Both the position numbers and the translations under genes were made by a program. Shown here piece by piece: positions 11,261-21,622 of a stretch of DNA of 64,000 nucleotides (position 1 is its first letter; every line of letters starts with the position of its first letter). The notes below the pieces were generated by a model. The model was not told the DNA's origin and ran no database searches. It saw only the letters and a program-made list of their open reading frames with translations. This DNA comes from an uncultured bacterium (lineage in GTDB: Bacteria; Omnitrophota; Gorgyraeia; Zapsychrales; Aceulaceae): positions 549-64,548 of the forward strand of contig CALGLP010000009.1 in assembly GCA_937930175.1 (NCBI GenBank), given 5' to 3'.

Positions 11261-11274
11261 ATTTTTTCCTTCCT

Positions 11275-11730
11275 TCAAATCATTTGCTTAGCTTTGTTAA
11301 TACTTTGAATGGGAATACCAACTTCCTTCCCCGCATGCTTAATAAAAACATGCTCATGCTGAACCCTTTCAACAATTCCTTGATACGCCCGCCTTCCCTC
11401 AATAGGCTCCTTAAGATAAAAGATGATCTCTTTGCCGCATGACCGTAGAAAATCTTTCACACTCGACAACGGCCGGTCAATCCCGGGTGAAGAAACTTCA
11501 AGCGCATAGTTGCCATCAAGAATCTTTTCTTGATCAAAAAGCTCTCGAATCTTTGAGTGAAGGCGAGCACACTCATCCATGGTGATGCCGCCCTGAGGCT
11601 TATCCACAAAGATCTGAATCAAGCTGTCCGTATGCCCATGATTAATCCTCGTATCAATCAAATCAAAGCCTTGACTGCCAAGAAAAGGCTCAAGCAATAC
11701 GATGATTTTCTCCCGAACAGCATCCATCAT
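11275..11730 (-). CDS. rimP: Ribosome maturation factor RimP
   Basis: 151 aa. The rimP-nusA-infB operon order and the RimP-like N-terminal fold motif (LIDTRINHGHTDSLIQIFVDKPQG) support the call. Confidence 0.85.
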   Translation of the reverse strand: MMDAVREKIIVLLEPFLGSQGFDLIDTRINHGHTDSLIQIFVDKPQGGITMDECARLHSKIRELFDQEKILDGNYALEVSSPGIDRPLSSVKDFLRSCGKEIIFYLKEPIEGRRAYQGIVERVQHEHVFIKHAGKEVGIPIQSINKAKQMI

Positions 11731-12983
11731 GTGGCCATCATTTCCCTTAGCCGTGATTTCATTTGATCCTTGGCGACAACAACAATCTCAGCTGTTTGCC
11801 GTTTTTTAATCTCAACATTATTTTCAGCGAGCATGCGCTTACCAATGATCACGCGATACGGAATCCCAATCAGATCAGCATCGTTAAACTTACGTCCTGC
11901 GCTTTCGTTGCGATCGTCGACGAGCACTTCAAAGCCGCTTCCCTGGAGATCCTCGTAACACTCATTGGCGACCTTCATCAAGTCAGGGTCGTCGACTTGC
12001 AGCGGAAGAACCTCCACGTCAAACGGCGCAACTTCTTTAGGCCAAACAATCCCAGCCTTGTCATTATTTTTCTCAATAATCGTTGCAATTAAGCGGCTCA
12101 CGCCAATCCCATAACATCCCATGATGACCGTCTTTTTCTGTCCTTTTTCATCCAAAAAATTTAAATCCAAGGCTTTGGTATATTTTGTGCCAAGCTGAAA
12201 AATATGCCCGATCTCGATCGCTGGTGTTTTGACAAGCTCACCCTTCTGACACTTTGGACACGGAGAAGATTGATCTCCATCTTTTAATCCTTGTGCATAT
12301 CCACATCCAGGACAACGCAAAACTTGATCTTCGCCAATGTCTGCAGGAACCATAAACTCGTGCGACACGTCACCCCCCATCGCTCCTGAATCCGCGCCAA
12401 CGCTCACCACGTCCAGGCCACAGCGTACAAAGATTTTCTGATACGCCTCATACATTTGCTTGTAATTCTTTTCAAGACCCGCTTGATCCATGTCAAAACT
12501 ATACGCATCTTTCATGATAAATTCACACGCACGCACGATACCAAATCGCGGACGCATCTCATCACGAAATTTGGTCTGAATCTGATAAAGAACCACCGGA
12601 AGCTGTTTATACGATTGCACCGCACTTTTCACCAAATCTGTGATGACCTCTTCATGCGTCGGGCCAAGGCACATCGCGCGCCCTTTTTTATCTTTAAATT
12701 GGATCATGACCTCTTTGAGCGTTTCATCACGGCCAGTTTTCTTCCAAAGATCCATAGGCTGCAAGCATGGCAAAAAAAGTTCCCGCGCGCCAATCGCGTT
12801 CATTTCTTCGTTAATAATTCTTTCGATTTTGCGTAACACTCTCAACCCTAAAGGCAAATACGAATACACACCTGAAGTCAGCATATGCACAAGCCCAGCG
12901 CGCAACAAAAGCTGATGGCTAATCGCCTCCGTTCCAATAGGAACTTCCTTGAGAGTTGGAATATAATATTGTGTCCAGCGCAT
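11727..12983 (-). CDS. proS: Prolyl-tRNA synthetase, bacterial type lacking the INS editing domain (CxxC..CxxC mini-insert)
   Basis: 418 aa. The N-terminus MRWTQYYIPTLKEVPIGTEAISHQLLLRAGL parallels E. coli ProRS. Class II motifs are present. Where the INS domain would be there is a short segment carrying CPGCGY..CPKC. Confidence 0.9.
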   Translation of the reverse strand: MRWTQYYIPTLKEVPIGTEAISHQLLLRAGLVHMLTSGVYSYLPLGLRVLRKIERIINEEMNAIGARELFLPCLQPMDLWKKTGRDETLKEVMIQFKDKKGRAMCLGPTHEEVITDLVKSAVQSYKQLPVVLYQIQTKFRDEMRPRFGIVRACEFIMKDAYSFDMDQAGLEKNYKQMYEAYQKIFVRCGLDVVSVGADSGAMGGDVSHEFMVPADIGEDQVLRCPGCGYAQGLKDGDQSSPCPKCQKGELVKTPAIEIGHIFQLGTKYTKALDLNFLDEKGQKKTVIMGCYGIGVSRLIATIIEKNNDKAGIVWPKEVAPFDVEVLPLQVDDPDLMKVANECYEDLQGSGFEVLVDDRNESAGRKFNDADLIGIPYRVIIGKRMLAENNVEIKKRQTAEIVVVAKDQMKSRLREMMAT

Positions 12984-12993
12984 TTTCTTACCC

Positions 12994-14250
12994 TTAAAAA
13001 GGTTTTGAAAGCTTCACATTGCGTTTAACAAACTTCTCCATGCAAGATGGCTTAACGCCTGTAAAAAACCAGTCACCCAACACCTTGCCATCAGAAGTAA
13101 TCTGTTCTTCCTTAAAATAAAAAATGTCCTTTAGCGCAACATCATCATTCTCGATCACCGAAGCAACATCGGTCACATGCGTAATACGCCTTGTGCCATC
13201 AACAAAAAGCTCTGTATGCACAATCAAATCCACCGCGCAAACAATTTGACGGCGAATTTCATCCACGCTTAAAGGAATGCCAGTTGACAAAAGCATCGTA
13301 ACCAAACGATTATAGCAATCTTTGGGCGATTCCCCATGCACGATCGCTAAGGCCCCAGAGTGACCGCTGCTAATCGACAAAATCAAATCCAGCGCTTCGT
13401 TGCCGCGCACCTCGCCAATGATAATGCGATCAGGCCGCATGCGTAGAGAATTCACAAACAAGTCCCCAATGCTAATAACCCCCTTGCCCTCAACATTCGC
13501 GGCCTTAGCCTGCAAGCTCACCACATGGGCTTGCTTTAATTTAAGTTCAGCGGTGTCCTCAATAGTCACAATACGTTCCCTCTCAGGAATATGACGAGAC
13601 AAAACATTAAGCGTTGTTGTTTTACCTGTTCCCGTAGCTCCGGAAAAGATAATATTAAGTTTGGCAACAATGGCGGCAATCAAAAAATCAGCCATCTCAC
13701 GATTAAGCATTCCTAATCGCAAGAGATCCTCAACAGTTTCAATATCCGAGGAGAATTTGCGGATCGTGACAACCGGGCCAATGAGCGATACCGGCGGCAA
13801 AATCACATTCACGCGCGAACCATCCGACAGAGAAAAGTCAACATACGGCGATGATTCATCCACGCGTCGCCCAGATGATGATCCAGCCAAAATCTTTTGG
13901 ATCGTAAAGAGCAGCTCCTTGGAGTCTTGAAAACGCACATCACTTAGCTCTATTTTCCCTTTACGCTGAATATAAATCTTATAGGGCCCGTTGATCATGA
14001 TCTCGCTGATTGTCTTGTCCTCCATCAAAGGACGTAAAGGACCTAAATTAATAACCGAACTAACAAACTGACGAAGAAGAGCATTTTTCTCATCTTCCGT
14101 CAAATAGATTTCATTCTCCTGGCAAACAAAATCAATAGCCTTGCGCACATAAATGCGCACCTGATCCTCGCTGATCGAATCTTTAACTTTCAGAAAATCT
14201 GTTTTCGCAATCAAATGCTTTTGAGCTAAACTCTTAACATTTTCGAACAT
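12994..14250 (-). CDS. CpaF/TadA-family type II/IV secretion (Tad pilus-type) ATPase
   Basis: 418 aa with a Walker A (GATGTGKTTTLNVLS), the Asp box, Walker B and His box typical of CpaF/VirB11-like secretion ATPases. Confidence 0.85.
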   Translation of the reverse strand: MFENVKSLAQKHLIAKTDFLKVKDSISEDQVRIYVRKAIDFVCQENEIYLTEDEKNALLRQFVSSVINLGPLRPLMEDKTISEIMINGPYKIYIQRKGKIELSDVRFQDSKELLFTIQKILAGSSSGRRVDESSPYVDFSLSDGSRVNVILPPVSLIGPVVTIRKFSSDIETVEDLLRLGMLNREMADFLIAAIVAKLNIIFSGATGTGKTTTLNVLSRHIPERERIVTIEDTAELKLKQAHVVSLQAKAANVEGKGVISIGDLFVNSLRMRPDRIIIGEVRGNEALDLILSISSGHSGALAIVHGESPKDCYNRLVTMLLSTGIPLSVDEIRRQIVCAVDLIVHTELFVDGTRRITHVTDVASVIENDDVALKDIFYFKEEQITSDGKVLGDWFFTGVKPSCMEKFVKRNVKLSKPF

Positions 14251-14276
14251 AAACCCCTCTTTTCATAAAGTACAAA

Positions 14277-15353
14277 TTAACGCTTAAAATGAATAATTTT
14301 ATCAAAAATCCCATAACGCACAAAATCACTATAAAAAACAAACAGGGCCAAGCAAATGATCATACTAAAACCAATCTTATAGATAATCTCATCCGCTTTG
14401 GGTGACAATGGTTTTCCGCGCAACTTTTCAATCCCAAAAAAGAAAAGATGCCCGCCATCTAAAACCGGCAAAGGTAAAAGATTAAAAATCGCGAGACTCG
14501 CCGAGATCACCGCCATGATATAAACAACGTAAGAAAACCCAAGTTCCGCTGCCTTCTTAATAATAAAAAAGATGCCAATCGGCCCCGTAACGCCATCTTT
14601 CGTAGACATCGCTCCTGTCACCATTAGATAAAGCGCTTTATAAGTCGTCGTCGTAATCACAACAAGTTTTTTCCCCGCCCTGACAATACTTTCCAAGAAA
14701 CCATATTTAAGCAAGACGAGGTCTTCCTTGGGTTTAATACCCACAATCCGCGTTTGAATCTTTTGTCCAAAAACATTTTCCATATTCTCTTGCGATGAAT
14801 GAAGAACAATGTTTTTCAAGATAGCATTACGCTCAACGGAAAAAATAAACTGCTCTTGCTTTGCCTGGCTGATATAGCTCTGAACGCCTTCCCAGCTATC
14901 CACATTTAGAGCATCAATAGAAACAATACGATCGCCTGCCTTAAGACCTGCCTGCTCTGCGGGATAACCCTTAACCACTTCTCCCACCGTTGTTCCTAAA
15001 GTCGGATAACCGATCATAAAAACGATACAAAAACAAAAAAACGCAAAGACATAGTTCACAACAGGGCCAGACAAAACAATTAAGGCGCGATGACCAACAG
15101 GCTTTGAAAAAAATTCTTCCTTTGCGCCTTTACATTCTGCACGCTCATCACCAGCCATCTTCACATAACCACCAAGAGGAATAAGGCATACCGCGTACTC
15201 GGTCCCATCTTTAATAAAACTAAAAAGCTTAGGGCCAAATCCAAAGGCAAATCGCTCAACCTTGACCCCCAGCGCCTTGGCCGTGGCCAAATGACCATAT
15301 TCATGAACGATCACTAAAACACTTAAAACAATAATAAAAACCAAGGTTCCCAT
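14277..15353 (-). CDS. rseP: RIP zinc metalloprotease RseP (site-2 protease)
   Basis: 358 aa with an HEYGHLATA zinc motif at the N-terminus, a PDZ domain and the LPLPVLDGGH motif. Confidence 0.92.
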   Translation of the reverse strand: MGTLVFIIVLSVLVIVHEYGHLATAKALGVKVERFAFGFGPKLFSFIKDGTEYAVCLIPLGGYVKMAGDERAECKGAKEEFFSKPVGHRALIVLSGPVVNYVFAFFCFCIVFMIGYPTLGTTVGEVVKGYPAEQAGLKAGDRIVSIDALNVDSWEGVQSYISQAKQEQFIFSVERNAILKNIVLHSSQENMENVFGQKIQTRIVGIKPKEDLVLLKYGFLESIVRAGKKLVVITTTTYKALYLMVTGAMSTKDGVTGPIGIFFIIKKAAELGFSYVVYIMAVISASLAIFNLLPLPVLDGGHLFFFGIEKLRGKPLSPKADEIIYKIGFSMIICLALFVFYSDFVRYGIFDKIIHFKR

Positions 15354-15354
15354 C

Positions 15355-16509
15355 TTATGCTCCTATGAGGCGCCGGGCCTCTTCTCTGGCCCACGCGTCT
15401 GCGTGTAATATGTTTGTCAATGTCAATTCGTGAACGGCTTGATGTTTCAAAACAACCTTTTCCACAATACCAAAAATTTTAGAAAAACAAATTGCTCCTT
15501 TTAAGAAAGCCTCAACAGCCTCTTCATTGGCTGCATTTAAAACACTCCCAAACGTTTTACCCTTGCGGGCAACGCTGTAACAAAGATCAAGAGCTGGAAA
15601 CTTTTTAAAATCCGGCTTTAAAAATGTTAGCTTCCCCTGCTTAACAAAATCCATAGCCGGCAATGTTGTTGCCAATCGATTAGGATACGTTAACGCGTAC
15701 TGGATCGGAATGCGCATATCCGTTACCCCAAGTTGCGCCATCAGAGCGCCATCACAAAATTCAACCATCGAATGAACAATCGACTCTGGATGGATCACAA
15801 CGTCGATCTGACTCACCTTCAAATCAAAAAGCCACATCGCTTCAATAACTTCAAGACCCTTGTTCATCAGAGTTGCAGAATCAACCGTAATTTTCTTTCC
15901 CATTTTCCAACGCGGATGATTCAAAATCGCTTTAATCGAAATCTTATCAAAGCTTTTTCCTGGAACATCCCTCAAAGGACCCCCAGAAGCGGTCAAATAA
16001 ACCTTTCTCAACTCTTGACGCAAATGGCCTTGCAAGCACTGAAAGATCGCGCTCTGCTCGCTATCCACAGGGATAATACGCGCCTGGTGCTGTTTGGCGT
16101 CGTGCATAATCAGCGGACCCGCCATAACCAAGGCCTCTTTGTTGGCCGGAGCAATATGTTTTCCAGCGCGTGTAGCAGCTAAAAAAGGCTTGAGAGCAGC
16201 GCTACCCTGGATACCTAAGACAACAATATCGACATCTTCAAGACTCACAAGATGCTCCATGTCTATTTCGGTGTCAAAGATCTTACACGCTTTACGTCCA
16301 ATTTCTCGACGCAAGTTCTGTATCTTAGACGCAGCAACGGCAACATATTGAGGAGAAAATTGCCGGATCTGCCGCGCAAGCAACTCCACATTGCGAAACG
16401 CGCTTAAGCCAATGACTTGAAAACGGTCTGGAAAACGCCCGATCACCTTAAGCGTGTTAATACCAATAGACCCTGTGGATCCTAATACAAAAACTTTTTT
16501 TATGCTCAT
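15355..16509 (-). CDS. dxr: 1-deoxy-D-xylulose 5-phosphate reductoisomerase
   Basis: 384 aa starting MSIKKVFVLGSTGSIGINTLKVI (NADPH-binding), with DXR signature regions. Sits in the conserved uppS-cdsA-dxr-rseP cluster. Confidence 0.93.
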   Translation of the reverse strand: MSIKKVFVLGSTGSIGINTLKVIGRFPDRFQVIGLSAFRNVELLARQIRQFSPQYVAVAASKIQNLRREIGRKACKIFDTEIDMEHLVSLEDVDIVVLGIQGSAALKPFLAATRAGKHIAPANKEALVMAGPLIMHDAKQHQARIIPVDSEQSAIFQCLQGHLRQELRKVYLTASGGPLRDVPGKSFDKISIKAILNHPRWKMGKKITVDSATLMNKGLEVIEAMWLFDLKVSQIDVVIHPESIVHSMVEFCDGALMAQLGVTDMRIPIQYALTYPNRLATTLPAMDFVKQGKLTFLKPDFKKFPALDLCYSVARKGKTFGSVLNAANEEAVEAFLKGAICFSKIFGIVEKVVLKHQAVHELTLTNILHADAWAREEARRLIGA

Positions 16510-16510
16510 C

Positions 16511-17329
16511 TTACAGTGTATTAAGGGCTGAGCTCATGTAAAGATAAAATGCCGGCGCAGCAAACAAAAGACTGTCAATAATATCTAAAATGCCACCTAA
16601 CCCGGGAAGAAATTTCCCAGAATCTTTCACGTCACAATCACGCTTAATCATCGACTCCGACAAATCTCCCAGCTGACCCATAGCAGCAAAAAAAGCACCA
16701 ATGAGAAATATTTGGAACAGTGAATATTTTAGCTCCAAGGGTAAAAACGACCAACAAATAAGCCCTGTCAAGCCACCAAAAATCAAACTCGCCGCCCATC
16801 CTTCAACAGTTTTGTTGGGGCTGACCTTGGACAAAAGGGCATGTTTGCCAAGCTTTCTGCCGATTAAAAGTGCTCCAATATCTCCGGCTTTAGTGACAGC
16901 GAGAATAAAAATCAAAAGCTTAACTCCTCCATCACCTGGAATCAGAAAACGAATCTTAATAAGAAAGCTAAAAAACCATGAAACATACAAAATACCAAAC
17001 AATGTTGTTGAGATCCCAACAATCGCATTATGATTATCCTCACGTAAGAATTGCAACAACAACAAAAGGAGGAACCCTATAACAACAAAAAGAAGCTCCC
17101 AGTTCTTAGTAAATTCAAATCGCGTAAAGATCGATAAAGGAATTGCCGCACCAATAAAGATCCCCACATAACTATAAATAGGGATTCCCTTCTTGCGGAT
17201 CAAATAAAAAAATTCATAAAGGCCGCCCATGGTCAAAAGCAAAATAAGGACAATAAAAAACCACCTATTGAAGATTCCTAATACTGTTAAAGTAATAAGA
17301 AAGATAGAACTTGTAATACGATTAAACAT
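16511..17329 (-). CDS. cdsA: Phosphatidate cytidylyltransferase
   Basis: 272 aa polytopic membrane protein with the CDS signature near the C-terminus (KRDCDVKDSGKFLPGLGGILDIIDSLLFAAP). Confidence 0.9.
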   Translation of the reverse strand: MFNRITSSIFLITLTVLGIFNRWFFIVLILLLTMGGLYEFFYLIRKKGIPIYSYVGIFIGAAIPLSIFTRFEFTKNWELLFVVIGFLLLLLLQFLREDNHNAIVGISTTLFGILYVSWFFSFLIKIRFLIPGDGGVKLLIFILAVTKAGDIGALLIGRKLGKHALLSKVSPNKTVEGWAASLIFGGLTGLICWSFLPLELKYSLFQIFLIGAFFAAMGQLGDLSESMIKRDCDVKDSGKFLPGLGGILDIIDSLLFAAPAFYLYMSSALNTL

Positions 17330-17332
17330 TAT

Positions 17333-18055
17333 TTATCCTCGATGATGAATATGTCCATAACGTCGTTCCCGCCTCTGGTAATCCCCAACAGCTTTTTCAA
17401 ATTCCTTGACATTAAAATCTGGCCAATATGTTTGGGTAAAATAGAGCTCACTATACGAAAGCTGCCAGAGCAAAAAATTGCTGATCCTTTGCTCGCCTGA
17501 CGTACGAATAAGCAAGTCGGGGTCGGGCATTCCCTGTGTATACAACGCCTGACTAAAGGTCTCCTCTGTAACCTGATCAGAGGCTAAGACCCCCTGACAC
17601 ACATCCGCAGAAATCTTCTTCACCGCGTCCACAATTTCCTGACGAGATCCATAATTAAAAGCAAGATTAAGCGTCATCGCTGTGTTGCGCTTTGTTGTCT
17701 CTTGGGCGTCTTTTAAAGTTTTTAAAACCTTAGCAGGAACACCCTCTTCACGCCCCAAAACCTGAAATCGAATACCGGCCTCATCCAATTCCTTAACCTT
17801 TTTGCTAAGATTGTTCGCCAAAGCACGCATCAGCATATCAATTTCTTTTTTAGGACGATTCCAATTTTCTGCTGAAAAAGCAAACAACGTTAAAAATTGA
17901 ATACCTCGCTTACGCGCTGCCGCAACAATCTCATCGACCCTCTTAATACCCTCAAGATGCCCATAGGAGCGCGGCATGTGCTTGCTCTTGGCCCAACGGC
18001 CGTTACCGTCCATTATAATGGCCACATGTTCTGGAATCCTGTCATCCTTCATCAA
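17333..18055 (-). CDS. uppS: Undecaprenyl-diphosphate synthase (cis-isoprenyl transferase)
   Basis: 240 aa with the HVAIIMDGNGRWA motif and a C-terminal RRYG, typical of UPP synthase. Confidence 0.93.
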   Translation of the reverse strand: MMKDDRIPEHVAIIMDGNGRWAKSKHMPRSYGHLEGIKRVDEIVAAARKRGIQFLTLFAFSAENWNRPKKEIDMLMRALANNLSKKVKELDEAGIRFQVLGREEGVPAKVLKTLKDAQETTKRNTAMTLNLAFNYGSRQEIVDAVKKISADVCQGVLASDQVTEETFSQALYTQGMPDPDLLIRTSGEQRISNFLLWQLSYSELYFTQTYWPDFNVKEFEKAVGDYQRRERRYGHIHHRG

Positions 18056-18064
18056 TATTGCTCC

Positions 18065-18096
18065 ACCAAATAAAATGGGGGATATAAATCCCCCAT
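18065..18096 (-). terminator. Rho-independent terminator candidate
   Basis: Perfect inverted repeat atggggga-tataaa-tcccccat at 18075..18096. On the minus strand it is followed by TTTATTTGG. It lies downstream of the 18150..18503 gene and upstream of uppS. Confidence 0.55.
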
Positions 18097-18149
18097 CGCG
18101 ATGTCACCGTTTCAATCAAAGCTAATAAGGCTACTCGCTCATCGCATCA

Positions 18150-18503
18150 TCACTGTTGCTGCTGAACAAGAGCGTTTTTAAGCTGCTCTTGAAGCACCTG
18201 ATTAAGGCGCTCTGTTTTCTCAAGTTCAAGCTTCAGATTAGCAATCGCCCCTTCATTGCGCTGCAAGAGGGCGTTGAGTTGATCAACTTCTTCTTTTGAT
18301 TTCTGGGACGCTCCCTCTAAGACGCGTACCTTGACCTTAAGCTGCTCAAACTTCTCTTCAGCAACCATACGATTATAACGTTCTGCGTTAAGATCATTTT
18401 TCGTCCGTTGAAACTTCTGCGACGAAACAAATGAAATCAGCACACAACCAATACAGATAGTGGCAAGAATAAGAAGGTGCTTATTTTCGAGGGCTTTGAT
18501 CAT
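18150..18503 (-). CDS. Membrane-anchored coiled-coil protein (FtsB/DivIC-like architecture)
   Basis: 117 aa. Has an N-terminal TM helix (LLILATICIGCVLISFV) followed by heptad-rich coiled coil and a poly-Q C-terminus. No family assigned. Confidence 0.55.
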   Translation of the reverse strand: MIKALENKHLLILATICIGCVLISFVSSQKFQRTKNDLNAERYNRMVAEEKFEQLKVKVRVLEGASQKSKEEVDQLNALLQRNEGAIANLKLELEKTERLNQVLQEQLKNALVQQQQ

Positions 18504-18508
18504 AGAAA

Positions 18509-19156
18509 TTATTTTAAATTTTCTTCCATATCCTGATCGATCAATGACGGCGCGGCCTCTTTAAGCGTATTAGGGAGAATTACAATCTCTACACGACGAT
18601 TCTTTTGTCGTCCCTCTTTTGTATCATTGGAATCGACAGGATGAAATTCACCATAACCTGTTGCAGATAAACGATTTGGTTCAAGGCCTTGATTATCGAT
18701 CAAGTAATGCAAAACGCTCATCGATCTTGCTGCTGAAAGCTCCCAATTAGACTTCCACCCAGAACGTGTGATCGGAACATTATCAGTATGACCTTCAATA
18801 CCGACTTTAAGATCTCTAACCGTCGTCTCAAGGACATCGGCTATTTTATTGATTTTTCCCTTGGCATCTTCCTTCAAAGTTGCTTTTCCAGAATCAAATA
18901 AAACCTCGGAAACAAAAGTAATAACCAGTCCTCTTTCGAGCATCTGGATCGACACTTCTTTATCATTAATTTCTTTCTTAAGCCTATTTTCAAGTTCTGC
19001 TTTGGCGCGTTCAAGCTCGCTTAATTCTCTTTTAAGGTTCGAGATCTCCTGAAAATCCTTTGTTCTCCCCTTTTGGATAACAACAGTACACCCAGAAAGA
19101 CCAGCAACGAATGTTGCCATCACCATAAAAATAATAACAGATTTTACAAATTTCAT
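18509..19156 (-). CDS. OmpA/MotB-domain lipoprotein with coiled-coil linker
   Basis: 215 aa with a signal peptide and lipobox (LSGC), a coiled-coil segment and a C-terminal OmpA-like peptidoglycan-binding domain (GHTDNVPI...NRRVEIVI). A strong AGGAGGAAG Shine-Dalgarno lies upstream. Confidence 0.8.
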   Translation of the reverse strand: MKFVKSVIIFMVMATFVAGLSGCTVVIQKGRTKDFQEISNLKRELSELERAKAELENRLKKEINDKEVSIQMLERGLVITFVSEVLFDSGKATLKEDAKGKINKIADVLETTVRDLKVGIEGHTDNVPITRSGWKSNWELSAARSMSVLHYLIDNQGLEPNRLSATGYGEFHPVDSNDTKEGRQKNRRVEIVILPNTLKEAAPSLIDQDMEENLK

Positions 19157-19251
19157 TACTTCCTCCTTTTTATAATACGTTCAAATTAACATATGCAATT
19201 TCCAAAGTCAAGCAAATTGTACCAGCGTTCTTGACCTAAAACTGGTCTTCC

Positions 19252-20526
<1,275 letters not shown>

Positions 20527-20565
20527 TTACTCACTTTTTATATTACTTTTTGTTTAAGGAACTGC

Positions 20566-21588
20566 TCATTTTGATTTCATTAACGTCAACACTTCATCCG
20601 CGGTTGTCTTTTCGGTTGCGCCAAAAATTTCCGTATTCTCCATCAGAAAGATAGGAGCGTAACGAATATTCAACTCTTGGGATAAGCGAATTTTCTCTTT
20701 GAACAACTTCTGGCCCTCAGGTCCTTGCGCACAACCCTTGATTTTCTTTACATCAAACTTACGCGCCACAAGGACGTCCTCGATCCAGATATCTGAAGTC
20801 TTCATCAAGCGGTCCATCAAATAATCCCAAGATTGCTTAGGGTAATATTTCTCGACGCAGGCATAAACCTTTTCTTCATTTGCCTCGCGCTCCGTTCCAG
20901 GGCTGATGATTTCTTTTGTCTGCATATCTTCAATCCCAAGAAAATGAACGCGTACCGCGATCTTCTCGCCCTTGGCCTTCTGGATCTCCTCGGCAATCTT
21001 AACCGACTGAATCATGCCAGGGCTTGTCAAGACAAGGAAGACATCGAGCTTATTTTTCTCTGTTTTCCGACTAGAAAAATACGAAACACCTGAAAATTCT
21101 GGTTTCAAATAGTAGTTTCCCCCCACCAAGGTAACCATTTTCTCAAAATCAGCAAAACGACTCTCCCGCTCCACCTCCTTGCTCAAGATATACGCAGGAA
21201 GCATCGTAATCTTTATTTGATCAATAAGCTCTTTGGCTTTTTTATCTGTGGCTTTTAAATATGCGACATCGAGTCCTGGAAAAAACATCCGCAGCTGATT
21301 CACGACACCCGCAGTTTGACACGTACGACAACCTTCGGGCTCAATGACAATCGCAGGGACCTTGACAATCTCCTGCCAAAGACATCGCGATGTCTTTTCT
21401 CCAGGGGCTTGACAGATACCAAGCATGCCTGGCCGATGGCAATCCACATCTGCCGAGCATCGCGCTCGCAAGCCTTCCTGCTGGTCAATCGTCAAAACAG
21501 TCTTGTCTTGCGCGTGAACCACATATCCACTGCTTATCCAGATCAAACTAATAAAAATTAATAAAATAAAGAAATAAAATTTTCGCAT
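20566..21588 (-). CDS. Secreted hypothetical protein, thioredoxin/DsbA-like (CxxC)
   Basis: 340 aa with a signal peptide (MRKFYFFILLIFISLIWISSGYVVHA), Cys-rich N-terminal segment, a CRTC motif and a second thioredoxin-like half (GCAQG). Family assignment is tentative. Confidence 0.5.
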   Translation of the reverse strand: MRKFYFFILLIFISLIWISSGYVVHAQDKTVLTIDQQEGLRARCSADVDCHRPGMLGICQAPGEKTSRCLWQEIVKVPAIVIEPEGCRTCQTAGVVNQLRMFFPGLDVAYLKATDKKAKELIDQIKITMLPAYILSKEVERESRFADFEKMVTLVGGNYYLKPEFSGVSYFSSRKTEKNKLDVFLVLTSPGMIQSVKIAEEIQKAKGEKIAVRVHFLGIEDMQTKEIISPGTEREANEEKVYACVEKYYPKQSWDYLMDRLMKTSDIWIEDVLVARKFDVKKIKGCAQGPEGQKLFKEKIRLSQELNIRYAPIFLMENTEIFGATEKTTADEVLTLMKSK

Positions 21589-21622
21589 AATCTCACCTTT
21601 TGATTACCAAATCAAAAATAAC

